Virus record (IMG/VR): IMGVR_UViG_3300023296_001674
Source of the DNA: a virus
Length of the DNA: 64,000 nt
Strand: one strand, 5' to 3'
A model generated the notes under the pieces. It searched no databases, was not told where the DNA came from, and saw nothing but the letters and a program-made list of their open reading frames with translations. Of the stretch, positions 1-9,878 are shown one piece after another. The position numbers and the translations under genes were made by a program. How positions within the stretch are numbered: the first letter of the stretch is position 1; each line of letters begins with the position of its first letter.

Positions 1-902
1 ATGTTTCCAGTTGTAGTATTTTCTAAAGCCAATAAATTTTTATGAACTACATCCCATTTGCATGGATGGCGTAAATATTCTGCAACTGCGCCCATTCCAT
101 CAATGCTACAACCAACACTAACTTGTTGAAATTTCTCCCACATACGAATCAATCGTTCTGGTAATTTTGCCATATTGGTGTTATATTCTAGATGAATATT
201 TTTAGCCACATCTATTTCTATACACATTTCTAAAAGATTCATATGTTCTTGAATAATAGTTGGTTCACCGCCAGTAAAATATAATCTTTTTATATGTGGC
301 AAATTTTTCATTAATTCAGTCATAACTGCGGAACTTTCATACCAATCATATGTATCATCAACAGTATTCCATTTACCACGTGCATCTTTTTCTAAAAATG
401 TAATACCTATTTTATCATTTCCGAAATTACTTTTACCATGTAACTCTACCCAATCATCATACCATTGTGTCGAATCAGCAGGTCCACAACTTCTACATTT
501 AAGATTGCATTTATTTCCAAATCGTAAATCATAATATGCTATAGGGCGTTCTGAGGCTTGTATGGTGCCATCTTCAGTAGTTATGGCGTTAGCCTCGTCT
601 TTTGTAATTAACCCCATTTGGTTGGCGTGCTGACGTTTTGAATTAGCACCAGATGCTTCTTCATCCCAACATAATTTACATGCTTCATGTTTTTCATCAT
701 TTAACATACTTTTTCTAATATCTTTAGCAATAGATGCATTACGCGCTTCTTCTACGGTATGGGTATTTCCGTTAAATATAGTTCCATCATCTTTTTTTAG
801 TATTGCTTGGTCACCATATATGCACTGACAACATACCCGCATATCGCCATTCGCTTTTAGTGAAACATGATCCCATGGTATAGGGCAATAAGTGTTAGAC
901 AT
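1..902 (-). CDS. Radical SAM protein with N-terminal Twitch/SPASM-like Cys cluster (3' end runs off the window)
   Basis: Absent from the ORF track; hand translation from ATG at 902 gives MSNTYCPIPWDHVSLKANGDMRVCC...CKLCW...DLRFGNKCNLKCRSC (CxxxCxxC) and later YFTGGEPT. Confidence 0.9.
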   Translation of the reverse strand, partial: MSNTYCPIPWDHVSLKANGDMRVCCQCIYGDQAILKKDDGTIFNGNTHTVEEARNASIAKDIRKSMLNDEKHEACKLCWDEEASGANSKRQHANQMGLITKDEANAITTEDGTIQASERPIAYYDLRFGNKCNLKCRSCGPADSTQWYDDWVELHGKSNFGNDKIGITFLEKDARGKWNTVDDTYDWYESSAVMTELMKNLPHIKRLYFTGGEPTIIQEHMNLLEMCIEIDVAKNIHLEYNTNMAKLPERLIRMWEKFQQVSVGCSIDGMGAVAEYLRHPCKWDVVHKNLLALENTTTGN

Positions 903-906
903 ATTT

Positions 907-1857
907 TTAATCCTTTGATTTACTTGCCATGATATCGAAGTTACAATGACAATAATTTTTATCACATATCACTTGTTCTGTTGGTAGGTTTAAATTTTCG
1001 TCATTGATATGACCTAAGCCACCACCAACTTTGCACCAGCCGCGATATATAGACCCGTCCATATCGATAACTATTTGTTCTGTACCAGCACCACATTTCC
1101 AACCAACCCAACTATTTTCACCTTGAGATATAAATCTATGTGGTGCCCAATTTTCCATTGTGTTTCCGTCAGAATCGATTAATGACATTGCTCCACGATA
1201 ACTTTCAAATGTTTTATCTCTAACGATCAACGCGCCGGTTAATGCGAACTGTCTATTTAATATATCTTGTTGATAGTCGGTGTATTCATATAACTCATCG
1301 CCAAAATCCACAATAAGTGGTTGCATTGCCATACTTATATTTTTAATGTCTTTCACTTTTAACGCCACGTCATAACAATCGTCAAAATGTTCAGGTGACA
1401 TCATAATATTAGCGTGAACTCTGATATCATCACTTAGATATTCAATAAATTCTAAAAAGGTGTCCACTTTTGAAAATTCAGGATGATAGCTAGTGCATAC
1501 GTGATTTATGTATGGCTTCAATTCGCTCCAATAACGCATAGTTCTTGACCCGTTCGTTATAAGTCCCACTTTAGCATTCGATTCGCTTAGAAACTTACAC
1601 AACTCCTTAAAATGCTTCCAAAGGGTTACTTCACCACCAGTGAATTCAAAATATACAATTTTAGGTGCATAATGTTCTATAACGCGGGTGCAAAATGATT
1701 TAACGTCATCAACGTCATACCAACCTACAGTGCCATCATGCAGTCCGGTGGGACAATACGAACATGCAAAATTACATGTGTTACCCATGCACCAATTAAC
1801 TACCACATAATCACCGTGTTTTTTATTTTCGTGTTCTAATTTTACATAATCTATCAT
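907..1857 (-). CDS. Radical SAM protein with C-terminal Twitch-type Cys cluster
   Basis: CNFACSYC, FTGGEVT and ITNGS motifs; C-terminal CGAG...GWC...ICDKNYCHC. Confidence 0.92.
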   Translation of the reverse strand: MIDYVKLEHENKKHGDYVVVNWCMGNTCNFACSYCPTGLHDGTVGWYDVDDVKSFCTRVIEHYAPKIVYFEFTGGEVTLWKHFKELCKFLSESNAKVGLITNGSRTMRYWSELKPYINHVCTSYHPEFSKVDTFLEFIEYLSDDIRVHANIMMSPEHFDDCYDVALKVKDIKNISMAMQPLIVDFGDELYEYTDYQQDILNRQFALTGALIVRDKTFESYRGAMSLIDSDGNTMENWAPHRFISQGENSWVGWKCGAGTEQIVIDMDGSIYRGWCKVGGGLGHINDENLNLPTEQVICDKNYCHCNFDIMASKSKD

Positions 1858-2885
1858 ATGTTTTTATCCTTAAATTTGAATTTTGCATTGCGACCAGTAG
1901 CGGCAGTTTCTGAAACAATTAATCCCATTTTGGCGGGATTCTCAATAGTGGATTTAAAAAATTTACTTTGTTGTTTTCCAAGATTGACAATATCTAAACC
2001 AATTTCGTTACGAATATCGTCAACAAGTCTATTATAGTCTTTCTTAAACGCCTCTTGATCTTCTATGATTTTAACCCATTTTTCACGCCATGTTTTATCA
2101 AACCATTCATAATCGGCAATTTGACTAATATCAAAATCCGTAACGTTAGTTAGGTAGCAACCAAGTCTAGCGCCATATATTGCGTATATTCCATTTTTTA
2201 CATCCGCGCCCACCGACATCCATATTTTTAATCTTTTTAAATTTCCATGCCATACAGTGGAAGTCATATCTTCTACTTGTTTTCCTTCATGTAAACTAAG
2301 TTTTACGCCCTCACGAAAACCGACACGAAATGCTTGAAATGGTGTAGTGTTATTATATGAAACAGAATACCAATCATTCATTTGAAAATATGGCAACTTC
2401 CAACAAAATTCAATAGCTTCATCGTCATCGGTATGCTCATGAGTATTCATATGTAAAACTAATCCTTTGGGCCACAATTTTATTCCACCATTGCCGTAAA
2501 TTAATCCATTTATATGATTTTTTCCTGCCCAACTATAAACATAATTGGGATTATATGTTATACTTTGATTAAAAAAATCCTCATCTATTTTATTATCACC
2601 ATCAATAGTAATAAAATTCATAGTATCTGATTGTCTTGCGGCATGTTTGTGTGCTTCATCGAATCCTTTGATTCCATGTATGCGTTTTGCCCATGGTATT
2701 TTACTAATTAAATTTGACCAATTTTCTTCTGCATTAGGTTCGTCATAACTTATATAAAATACATCAAAATCATTAGTTGAGGCATCTTTAATAATTTCAT
2801 CATTTGGTGTAATCGCAGGATATAAATTTTTTAATTCATCATCACGATTTTTCCATTTTTGTTGTTCTTTGGTTAACTTAGTCAT
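1854..2885 (-). CDS. Phage glycosyltransferase-like protein (GT-A fold)
   Basis: DVFYISYDEPNAEENW start, GIKGFDEAH, FITIDGDN DxD motif, YGNGG. Confidence 0.6.
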   Translation of the reverse strand: MTKLTKEQQKWKNRDDELKNLYPAITPNDEIIKDASTNDFDVFYISYDEPNAEENWSNLISKIPWAKRIHGIKGFDEAHKHAARQSDTMNFITIDGDNKIDEDFFNQSITYNPNYVYSWAGKNHINGLIYGNGGIKLWPKGLVLHMNTHEHTDDDEAIEFCWKLPYFQMNDWYSVSYNNTTPFQAFRVGFREGVKLSLHEGKQVEDMTSTVWHGNLKRLKIWMSVGADVKNGIYAIYGARLGCYLTNVTDFDISQIADYEWFDKTWREKWVKIIEDQEAFKKDYNRLVDDIRNEIGLDIVNLGKQQSKFFKSTIENPAKMGLIVSETAATGRNAKFKFKDKNI

Positions 2886-3672
2886 TATTATCAGTCCTAA
2901 TAAATTTCATTATTTTATTGTGTGTCGATATAATCATACTATTGTGTGGCAACATTAATTCAGTATATATTGTTCTATTATCAGTAAAATTAAATGTAAA
3001 CGAATAATATAATATTGATTTATCTATGCTATCCACTACAAAAAACTGATATTCAGTGCCGTGTGTAAACATATGATGATTGGTGTCGCGTTCAACCACT
3101 GTAGATATAGTTAATGATGACCCAATGTATGATATATCAATAATACTCTCATTGTTTATTTCACTTACTATATAATCCCCAATCAATGGAATCATCATAT
3201 AAAAATTTACATCATCGCCATATAACTGAATTAATTCCATTACTAATAACGAGTTATCGTCGTTGATTTTATAGTTTAACATATTTTTTGTGCCATTAAT
3301 GAATTCTGTTATCAATTCATCAACAATCACCAGTCCGCATTTTAATGTATCATCATCGTCTTGAATTTGTTGTTTTCTTGGTACAATACTACTTATGGTT
3401 TTTTCTTTGAAATGATAATACACATAGAATGTTTTTTTGATATTATATATTCCATCTTCATCATATAAAACGAATTTATTTTTTTTGATATTAGCGTTTC
3501 GTTTCCATAAATTGTAAAGTTTTATTACTTCGGGTGCTTTTGATGGCACAATCATGTACAATTCACACTGAAGCAAATAGTCGCACGGTTCCATACTTAT
3601 TTCATGTATAATTCTATTCTCGTCGGTATATACATATATTAAATCACTCATAATTATTCTCCAATATATCAA
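2878..3672 (-). CDS. Hypothetical protein (likely start at 3651)
   Basis: 264-aa ORF overlapping both neighbours in a coupled operon. Confidence 0.7.
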   Translation of the reverse strand: MIYWRIIMSDLIYVYTDENRIIHEISMEPCDYLLQCELYMIVPSKAPEVIKLYNLWKRNANIKKNKFVLYDEDGIYNIKKTFYVYYHFKEKTISSIVPRKQQIQDDDDTLKCGLVIVDELITEFINGTKNMLNYKINDDNSLLVMELIQLYGDDVNFYMMIPLIGDYIVSEINNESIIDISYIGSSLTISTVVERDTNHHMFTHGTEYQFFVVDSIDKSILYYSFTFNFTDNRTIYTELMLPHNSMIISTHNKIMKFIRTDNND

Positions 3673-4507
3673 TCATTCCATCTTTCAAAAACTTTTTGAC
3701 ATGATAATGAAATATTCCAGTTTGTCGTAATGTACCAATTTTAATACCAAGAGAATCATTAAATTCGTCAAATGATATATCGACACATCTCGTCCAATCG
3801 CCATCAAAACTTTTGCTTGGTAGAACCCAATTCATATTTTGTAATTTCATATGTGTAAAATAAGGAAAAGACACTTCGTTGAATATTGCATCGTTTTTCA
3901 TGCCAATCAATTTCAACGAAAGACCAAACGCCACATCAGTACTGAATACTTTAGGGCGTTTTTTATATAAATGTTTTTTGACATAATCGTCCCAATTTTC
4001 GCATATATCTTTCATTGTATCGAACAGTTCTTTGTTATCTTCGTGTTTTTTAAAATAGAAAAATGCATTATACACATTCGGTAGTTTATTTTTTATAAAT
4101 TCTTCACGATAAATTGTATGTGGCGGCACAATTTCACTTTTGTAATTTTTAATGGTTGATGTGAACCAAGTGTTTCTAAGTGACATATAATCCCACCAAT
4201 GACTAATATCTGTTAAAAATAGCATATCACTATCTAACATAACTGTTTCATCATATGGAGTATAATCATATAAGTCTACAATATTATGCAATTTCCAATC
4301 TGCATCTTTGGCGCGATCATTGTCCATTATTATAATTTGGTCAAATGCTTTGATATAGTGATTTGGTATATATTCAATATCAGTGACAATAGACAATTTA
4401 TTGACTCCGCTTTGGGTATTTTTTATACTCAACGCCAACGCATAAGCAAGTCTCAAATAATCAACATCTGGTGTATTTTGAACTATACATATATATCCTT
4501 TATTCAT
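3644..4507 (-). CDS. GT8-like glycosyltransferase
   Basis: TPYDETVMLDSDMLF (DxD), AYALALSIK, STDVAF, FTHMK. Confidence 0.75.
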   Translation of the reverse strand: MNKGYICIVQNTPDVDYLRLAYALALSIKNTQSGVNKLSIVTDIEYIPNHYIKAFDQIIIMDNDRAKDADWKLHNIVDLYDYTPYDETVMLDSDMLFLTDISHWWDYMSLRNTWFTSTIKNYKSEIVPPHTIYREEFIKNKLPNVYNAFFYFKKHEDNKELFDTMKDICENWDDYVKKHLYKKRPKVFSTDVAFGLSLKLIGMKNDAIFNEVSFPYFTHMKLQNMNWVLPSKSFDGDWTRCVDISFDEFNDSLGIKIGTLRQTGIFHYHVKKFLKDGMIDILENNYE

Positions 4508-5427
4508 GAATATATCTCCACGAATGTATCATAATGATGTGTCATACTTACTTTATTCATACAATGCAATGATATATTCTCAACATTGAAAAGTTGTTTT
4601 GGATTCTTCCATTGATGTGTGTGTATCATTAATTTTATTTGTTGTTTATCCACCCTATATACAACATCATTATTAGTTGAGAGAACAAATTTAAATGGTA
4701 TTTCCCATTCAGTTGATGGGATATGATTTCCATTAGCGATATATAATGCAATGCTGAATGAATAATCATTTCTATATGAATTATCACTAACTTGATATAA
4801 TCGTTGAAAATAAAAATAATTTTCTTTAATATGATTAACCACATCAAAATAATTTTTACTAAACTCACTTCTGTCAAAATATACAACCGTAGCCCAATAC
4901 ATCGGAATAGAAAAACTTCCCATTTTTTCTGTTGGATGAAAGTGTGTGTTTTTAGAGTGCGCTTTGTTAATAATAGGAATAATTATTCTATTCATCATAA
5001 TCGATGAATTCGAACCCCAAAGTTTGTCAAGATTTTTATCTTGAAAAATAAAATCCACATCGATCATGATTGTTTCATCATATATAGAATCTGTATATGC
5101 ATTAGAGCGCGAGTGATTAATCCACGTATTTGTTCCGTAGTATATTTCACCATCAGTCGTTTTTCTATAATTTTTTATTTTCTGCTTTACGTCATCAACT
5201 TTTACAAGATCGAATAACTCATTGAGCAATGCAGTTTCATTATCATTCAATGACGCCAATGATTCACTATTGGTAACTACCATTGCGTTAAATTTTGATA
5301 ATTGATATCTACCAGTTAATGCGCTACTTATTGCCAGTTTTAAATAGTTTATAATTTCATTATTATATGCGTAATATAAAAATCCGCATGTTTTTTCATT
5401 AGATTTCAACATCATCTTCCAATTCAT
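4504..5427 (-). CDS. GT8-like glycosyltransferase, paralog of the downstream gene
   Basis: SIYDETIMIDVDFIF (DxD), YWATVVYF, RNDYSFSIA, LHCMNK. Confidence 0.72.
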   Translation of the reverse strand: MNWKMMLKSNEKTCGFLYYAYNNEIINYLKLAISSALTGRYQLSKFNAMVVTNSESLASLNDNETALLNELFDLVKVDDVKQKIKNYRKTTDGEIYYGTNTWINHSRSNAYTDSIYDETIMIDVDFIFQDKNLDKLWGSNSSIMMNRIIIPIINKAHSKNTHFHPTEKMGSFSIPMYWATVVYFDRSEFSKNYFDVVNHIKENYFYFQRLYQVSDNSYRNDYSFSIALYIANGNHIPSTEWEIPFKFVLSTNNDVVYRVDKQQIKLMIHTHQWKNPKQLFNVENISLHCMNKVSMTHHYDTFVEIYS

Positions 5428-5773
5428 GCATTTTTGTTAATGTTGGCACATTTCTTGATTTTTTTAATCGTGCTAAACTCATGGCATACTTATTCAATGA
5501 TTCGGTATAACATGAACGAACTTCTTTTTTGAATTCTACTAAATTTTCTATTTTAATAGGCATGTTATGTATATCTAAAATAAATGCTGATATTTTACCT
5601 TCGTCAATGTACATAGTTAAATCAAAGAATAGAGCAGAACCCAATAAAAAATATCCACCGCTATGTGGATATATTAAATCGCCCTCGAATACTTCCATTA
5701 TTTTTTCTTTTTGATTCTCAAATATTGCCCTAAAATTAGCTTGATCTGACGCTTCTTTATATAATGTTTCCAT
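5399..5773 (-). CDS. Hypothetical protein, first gene of the GT/radical SAM operon
   Basis: 124-aa ORF with AGGA Shine-Dalgarno and an upstream promoter. Confidence 0.75.
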   Translation of the reverse strand: METLYKEASDQANFRAIFENQKEKIMEVFEGDLIYPHSGGYFLLGSALFFDLTMYIDEGKISAFILDIHNMPIKIENLVEFKKEVRSCYTESLNKYAMSLARLKKSRNVPTLTKMHELEDDVEI

Positions 5774-5803
5774 ATAATATCCTTAATGTATTAATTATAA
5801 AAC

Positions 5804-5832
5804 ATTATAATATAACTAGAATATTAAGTCAA
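5804..5832 (-). promoter_or_regulatory. Sigma70-type promoter
   Basis: Minus strand TTGACT-N17-TATAAT. Confidence 0.8.
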
Positions 5833-5838
5833 TTTGTT

Positions 5839-6750
5839 TTAATTTCCATTTGATAAACTTATATTTGTAGTATATGTAGGGGAATCTATATCAAAAGATA
5901 ATGCATATTTACTTTCAACTATTGAGCTAGTAAATGTCCCGTCAACTATGTCTGGTGGATTTGTATGCCCATCTAAAAAATTGGATTGTATTTTAATTTC
6001 TAATCCATTGCCGCCATTTGGTCCTTCTATTCCAACGCGTTGACCTAAAATAGTCCACACGCTTCCAGTAGAACCACCGGTACTACCATATGGTCCACTT
6101 AATGGTGTTATTTGTGATCTCACCAATTCTAACGAGCCGGTTAATGCATAATATTCATCACGACCAAATATTAAATCATTGCCATCAACAACTGAATCCC
6201 ATGCAGCATTTTGTGTATTAACCGCGCCGCCAGTTCTTGTAGTTGCTATACGAAATGTGCTTCCTGTATTAAAGAAATATCGTGCATGATCAACGCTTGT
6301 GAATTTTATTGTAAACACATGCTGTATATATGTACTCCAATCCAAAACTCTTGAATCAGTCAATACCGAACTTGTCGACGGTAAATTAAATGTTGGATCA
6401 GTAAGGAACCGATTTGTAGTAATATCAAACAAATTTTGTGAAGAATTTAATTTTAGAAAGAATGAAGCAACGTCGCCATCTTCCATATCTGCAACTGATG
6501 GCAAAACATCCATCAATGTAGTTCCTTGGTGATCAGCGCAATCCTCGATTGCGTTCCTCAAATTAATCCACGCTTCATTAGTCAATCCACCTCCAGGTAT
6601 TATATCTGGTATGTTACCATCAATTAATACATTAGTGGAATTTCCACCATATCCATAATCACCATTGCCAATACCAAATATTAAATTTAATTCATTAATT
6701 AAATTATTATAATCAGATGCTTCGATTTCACCACCAGTAGAATAAACCAT
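5839..6750 (-). CDS. Virion structural (fibre/baseplate-associated) protein, paralog family 1/4
   Basis: N module YNxLIxxxNxxxGxGxGxxGYGG...W..L..A..DC..HQ; C domain ARYFFNTG..R.GG...QN..W...DGTFTS. Confidence 0.7.
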   Translation of the reverse strand: MVYSTGGEIEASDYNNLINELNLIFGIGNGDYGYGGNSTNVLIDGNIPDIIPGGGLTNEAWINLRNAIEDCADHQGTTLMDVLPSVADMEDGDVASFFLKLNSSQNLFDITTNRFLTDPTFNLPSTSSVLTDSRVLDWSTYIQHVFTIKFTSVDHARYFFNTGSTFRIATTRTGGAVNTQNAAWDSVVDGNDLIFGRDEYYALTGSLELVRSQITPLSGPYGSTGGSTGSVWTILGQRVGIEGPNGGNGLEIKIQSNFLDGHTNPPDIVDGTFTSSIVESKYALSFDIDSPTYTTNISLSNGN

Positions 6751-6779
6751 TATTAATCCTCTATATTCTTACCATGTAT

Positions 6780-7769
6780 TTATAGTTCTACGATATTTAC
6801 AAATACAGCAGAGGTTATGTTAAATATGCCTATTGATCGTTTTTGTGATATTGCACTTGTAAGTATGCCATCAACGCCATCAGCCAAACCACCAACAGGA
6901 TTTCCAGGCAGTCCTAATGCATCTTGCGTTGGTCCTGTAAAACCATCGATAAATTCACATTTGATTCTAATAATAGAACCATTTCCGCCATTAATTCCTG
7001 CCGCATCGTCACGACGGGCGCTAATAACCCATTTATTTTTTTCCGCATCAATAGCAGCAGGATTGGCATAAGTAGTTGTGGTTGCGGCATATACCGTTGA
7101 TTTTATAACATACGATCCGGTTAAGCTAAAATAATCGGTGCCAGCAAATACAATAGGCGAACTACCACTTAACAAATTAGTCCATGATTGATTTTGTGCA
7201 CTGGCTGCACCACCCGTTCTCGATCCAGTTATTCGAAATTCACCACCAGTATTAAAAAAGAATCTAGCATGATCAGAATCATCAAACGTGGCAGTAAACT
7301 CGTGTGTTATTCCAGCACCAGTTCCCCATGCGGTTGACCGAACACTTGATAGTATGGTAGTAGTTGAGAAATTTGAAATATCAGAATTCAATTTATTTGT
7401 TGTTAGTTCAGTGACATTATTTGGCGGCGTTCCATTTAAACTTTCAAATAACGGTGCTGCGTTTGTGCCAAATCCAACTTCGTCGCCATCTTCTAAATTA
7501 GTAAGGAGCGGCAATGTGTTGGGTAGTGTTGTATCTTGGTGTAATGCACAATCATTAAATGCATTAGTTAAATCTAACCACTCTTCATTATTCACTATTT
7601 CACCTAATGCAAAGCTTGGTAAATCAACAGCAGCCGAAACAACATTTGCTGAATTTCCACCATAACCAGAATCGCCAGTTCCAGTACCATATATTGTATT
7701 GATATCATCTATCAAATCACTATAATTCATCGCAGTTATGGGTTTTTCTGACTCGAAATCTGTAACCAT
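6780..7769 (-). CDS. Virion structural protein, paralog family 2/4
   Basis: Same N module and ARFFFNTGG C domain. Confidence 0.7.
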   Translation of the reverse strand: MVTDFESEKPITAMNYSDLIDDINTIYGTGTGDSGYGGNSANVVSAAVDLPSFALGEIVNNEEWLDLTNAFNDCALHQDTTLPNTLPLLTNLEDGDEVGFGTNAAPLFESLNGTPPNNVTELTTNKLNSDISNFSTTTILSSVRSTAWGTGAGITHEFTATFDDSDHARFFFNTGGEFRITGSRTGGAASAQNQSWTNLLSGSSPIVFAGTDYFSLTGSYVIKSTVYAATTTTYANPAAIDAEKNKWVISARRDDAAGINGGNGSIIRIKCEFIDGFTGPTQDALGLPGNPVGGLADGVDGILTSAISQKRSIGIFNITSAVFVNIVEL

Positions 7770-7787
7770 TATATTATTCCTCTTATT

Positions 7788-9878
7788 TTAAACACCAGCA
7801 GTTATTTCTACTATAACATCATATACCGGTAACGGCTTTACAAATATATCAGTGGAATGACTGCCAGATACTGTACTAACAAATGTTCCATCAACTTCAT
7901 CGGTTGCACCCGTATGTTGATCTAGATATTGCATTTGTATTGTCACTATATTACCATTTCCGCCATTTGGTCCACCAATTGCATCAGTTTTTGCTGATAT
8001 AGTCCATTTAATAGGATTTGGTGTGTCGTATGGTCCACCTGAAATATCTTCAATTGCGTAAAATTCTACATATGATGTAGTCAATGCAAAATAATCAGAA
8101 CTTACAAATGGTGGTGGCACCGAAGTTAATAATGCATCCCATGCTGTATTTTGGGTGGTTGCAGAGCCACCACTTCTGTTAGCACTGAAACGTATATCGC
8201 TACCAGTGTTAAAATAAGCACGTGCTTCATCGTCATCGGTGAATGTTAAACTAAATTCATGAAACAGCGCAGCACTCCATGCGGTAGTTCTAGTGCTAGT
8301 ATCAATTACTTCAATAGAAAAACCTTCACCGGAGCTATTTGCGGAATTTGCTAATAATACATCATCATTTCTTCTTAAATCTTGCTCTAATGCAGGCAAT
8401 AAATCATCACCCGGTTCATTATCTTTATCGTGAGGAATTAATTCAGTGAAAAATGACACAATATCATTAACATCATCTATGCTTGATCCGAGTGGTAATG
8501 CACGTCGTGTTATTGCCACAAATCCTAAATCAGCTAATGTGGTTCCAGTTCCCTCTGCCAATGTAAGTACGGGATTTGCGTTGTCTTCTTTGACTGATAC
8601 GTTGTCTACACTTGAAGTGCCAACAGTTGTATTAAATACTTTAAGGTAGGTTGTTGTGCTTTCAGCGTAAAAAACCGCCGTTGTACTAACGCTGCCATTT
8701 GAACTATCTATTAGATCACTACCCGTAAAGAAAGTTGCTAAATGATAACCCCACACTCCCCCCACATGCTCTATTACAATACGATATTTTGTACCAATAA
8801 CAGTAGGAAAATCTGTGTAAGCGCGATTTGTATCAGTCACCTTGGTCATATCCAAATAACCACCAGCATTCCATGATATAACGTTACCTGATCCAGTATC
8901 GGTTGACCCTTCAGCCCACCCAGTCAGGTCGCTATCAAACGACCCATTAGTAACTAATTCTGAACCAAGCGCCTCGCCTTCCATTATAATTTTTATTTTA
9001 GTGTCGCCGTCATCTATAGCAGTTAATTCCGCTCCGGTTTGTGCGGTTATATCTGTTATTGCGTCATCATGATCTGATGTACGAGGGAAAGTCCCTGCGG
9101 TAAATCCTAAATCAACTAACGACGTACCAGAACCCTCTAATAATACTATATCAACCACTGTGCTACTCATTACCAATTCATTGCTTCCAGTTTCACTAAA
9201 ATTCATATTTGGTATGGCAGCAGCATTGAGATCAACCAATGCATCGCTTGCGGTAGATGTTCTCATAAATGTGCCTGCGATAAATCCTAAATCCGCCAGT
9301 GCAGTGCCAGAGCCTTCAGCCAATACTAAATCAACCGACGATGAACCAGTGGATGTCATATTTAACCTTCCGCCAATATCTGACACCGTAACATTAGGAA
9401 TAGCTTCGGCAGTTATGTCTGTTACTGCATTAGAAACTGTTGCTATTCTATCATAAGTGTCAGCGGTAAATCCAAATGGAGTAACGCCTGTTCCTGCTAA
9501 TACCAAATCATTCGTAACTGACGTAAGTTCTAGATAACTACCAACATCGAGTGCAGTTAGCCCAGGAATACTTTCATTATCAATATCTATAACTGCTTGT
9601 GCCAAATCGGCAATAGACAATGATGAAACTCCAGCAACAAATCCTAAATCAACCAGTGCGGTTCCAGTGCCTTCTGCTAATGTTATAGCAGTTAAATTTG
9701 ACGTTAGTGTTATTATATCAGTATTACTAATAGATGCTGTTACATTAGCAACACTGGCAGTGTTTATATCATCAGTTGCATCCTGCATTGATGTTCCCGT
9801 CATAGTTATAGAATCGCCATTTATTACTATGGTTTCACTTGTGGTATATTTGGGGGTATTAACGTATGCAATAGCCAT
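7788..9878 (-). CDS. Virion structural protein, paralog 3/4, with Flagellin_IN-like repeats and a CBM-like insert
   Basis: Repeated LAEGxGTALxDLGF; ELVTNGSFDSDLTGW...VDNVSVKE; C-terminal ARAYFNTG domain. Confidence 0.72.
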   Translation of the reverse strand: MAIAYVNTPKYTTSETIVINGDSITMTGTSMQDATDDINTASVANVTASISNTDIITLTSNLTAITLAEGTGTALVDLGFVAGVSSLSIADLAQAVIDIDNESIPGLTALDVGSYLELTSVTNDLVLAGTGVTPFGFTADTYDRIATVSNAVTDITAEAIPNVTVSDIGGRLNMTSTGSSSVDLVLAEGSGTALADLGFIAGTFMRTSTASDALVDLNAAAIPNMNFSETGSNELVMSSTVVDIVLLEGSGTSLVDLGFTAGTFPRTSDHDDAITDITAQTGAELTAIDDGDTKIKIIMEGEALGSELVTNGSFDSDLTGWAEGSTDTGSGNVISWNAGGYLDMTKVTDTNRAYTDFPTVIGTKYRIVIEHVGGVWGYHLATFFTGSDLIDSSNGSVSTTAVFYAESTTTYLKVFNTTVGTSSVDNVSVKEDNANPVLTLAEGTGTTLADLGFVAITRRALPLGSSIDDVNDIVSFFTELIPHDKDNEPGDDLLPALEQDLRRNDDVLLANSANSSGEGFSIEVIDTSTRTTAWSAALFHEFSLTFTDDDEARAYFNTGSDIRFSANRSGGSATTQNTAWDALLTSVPPPFVSSDYFALTTSYVEFYAIEDISGGPYDTPNPIKWTISAKTDAIGGPNGGNGNIVTIQMQYLDQHTGATDEVDGTFVSTVSGSHSTDIFVKPLPVYDVIVEITAGV

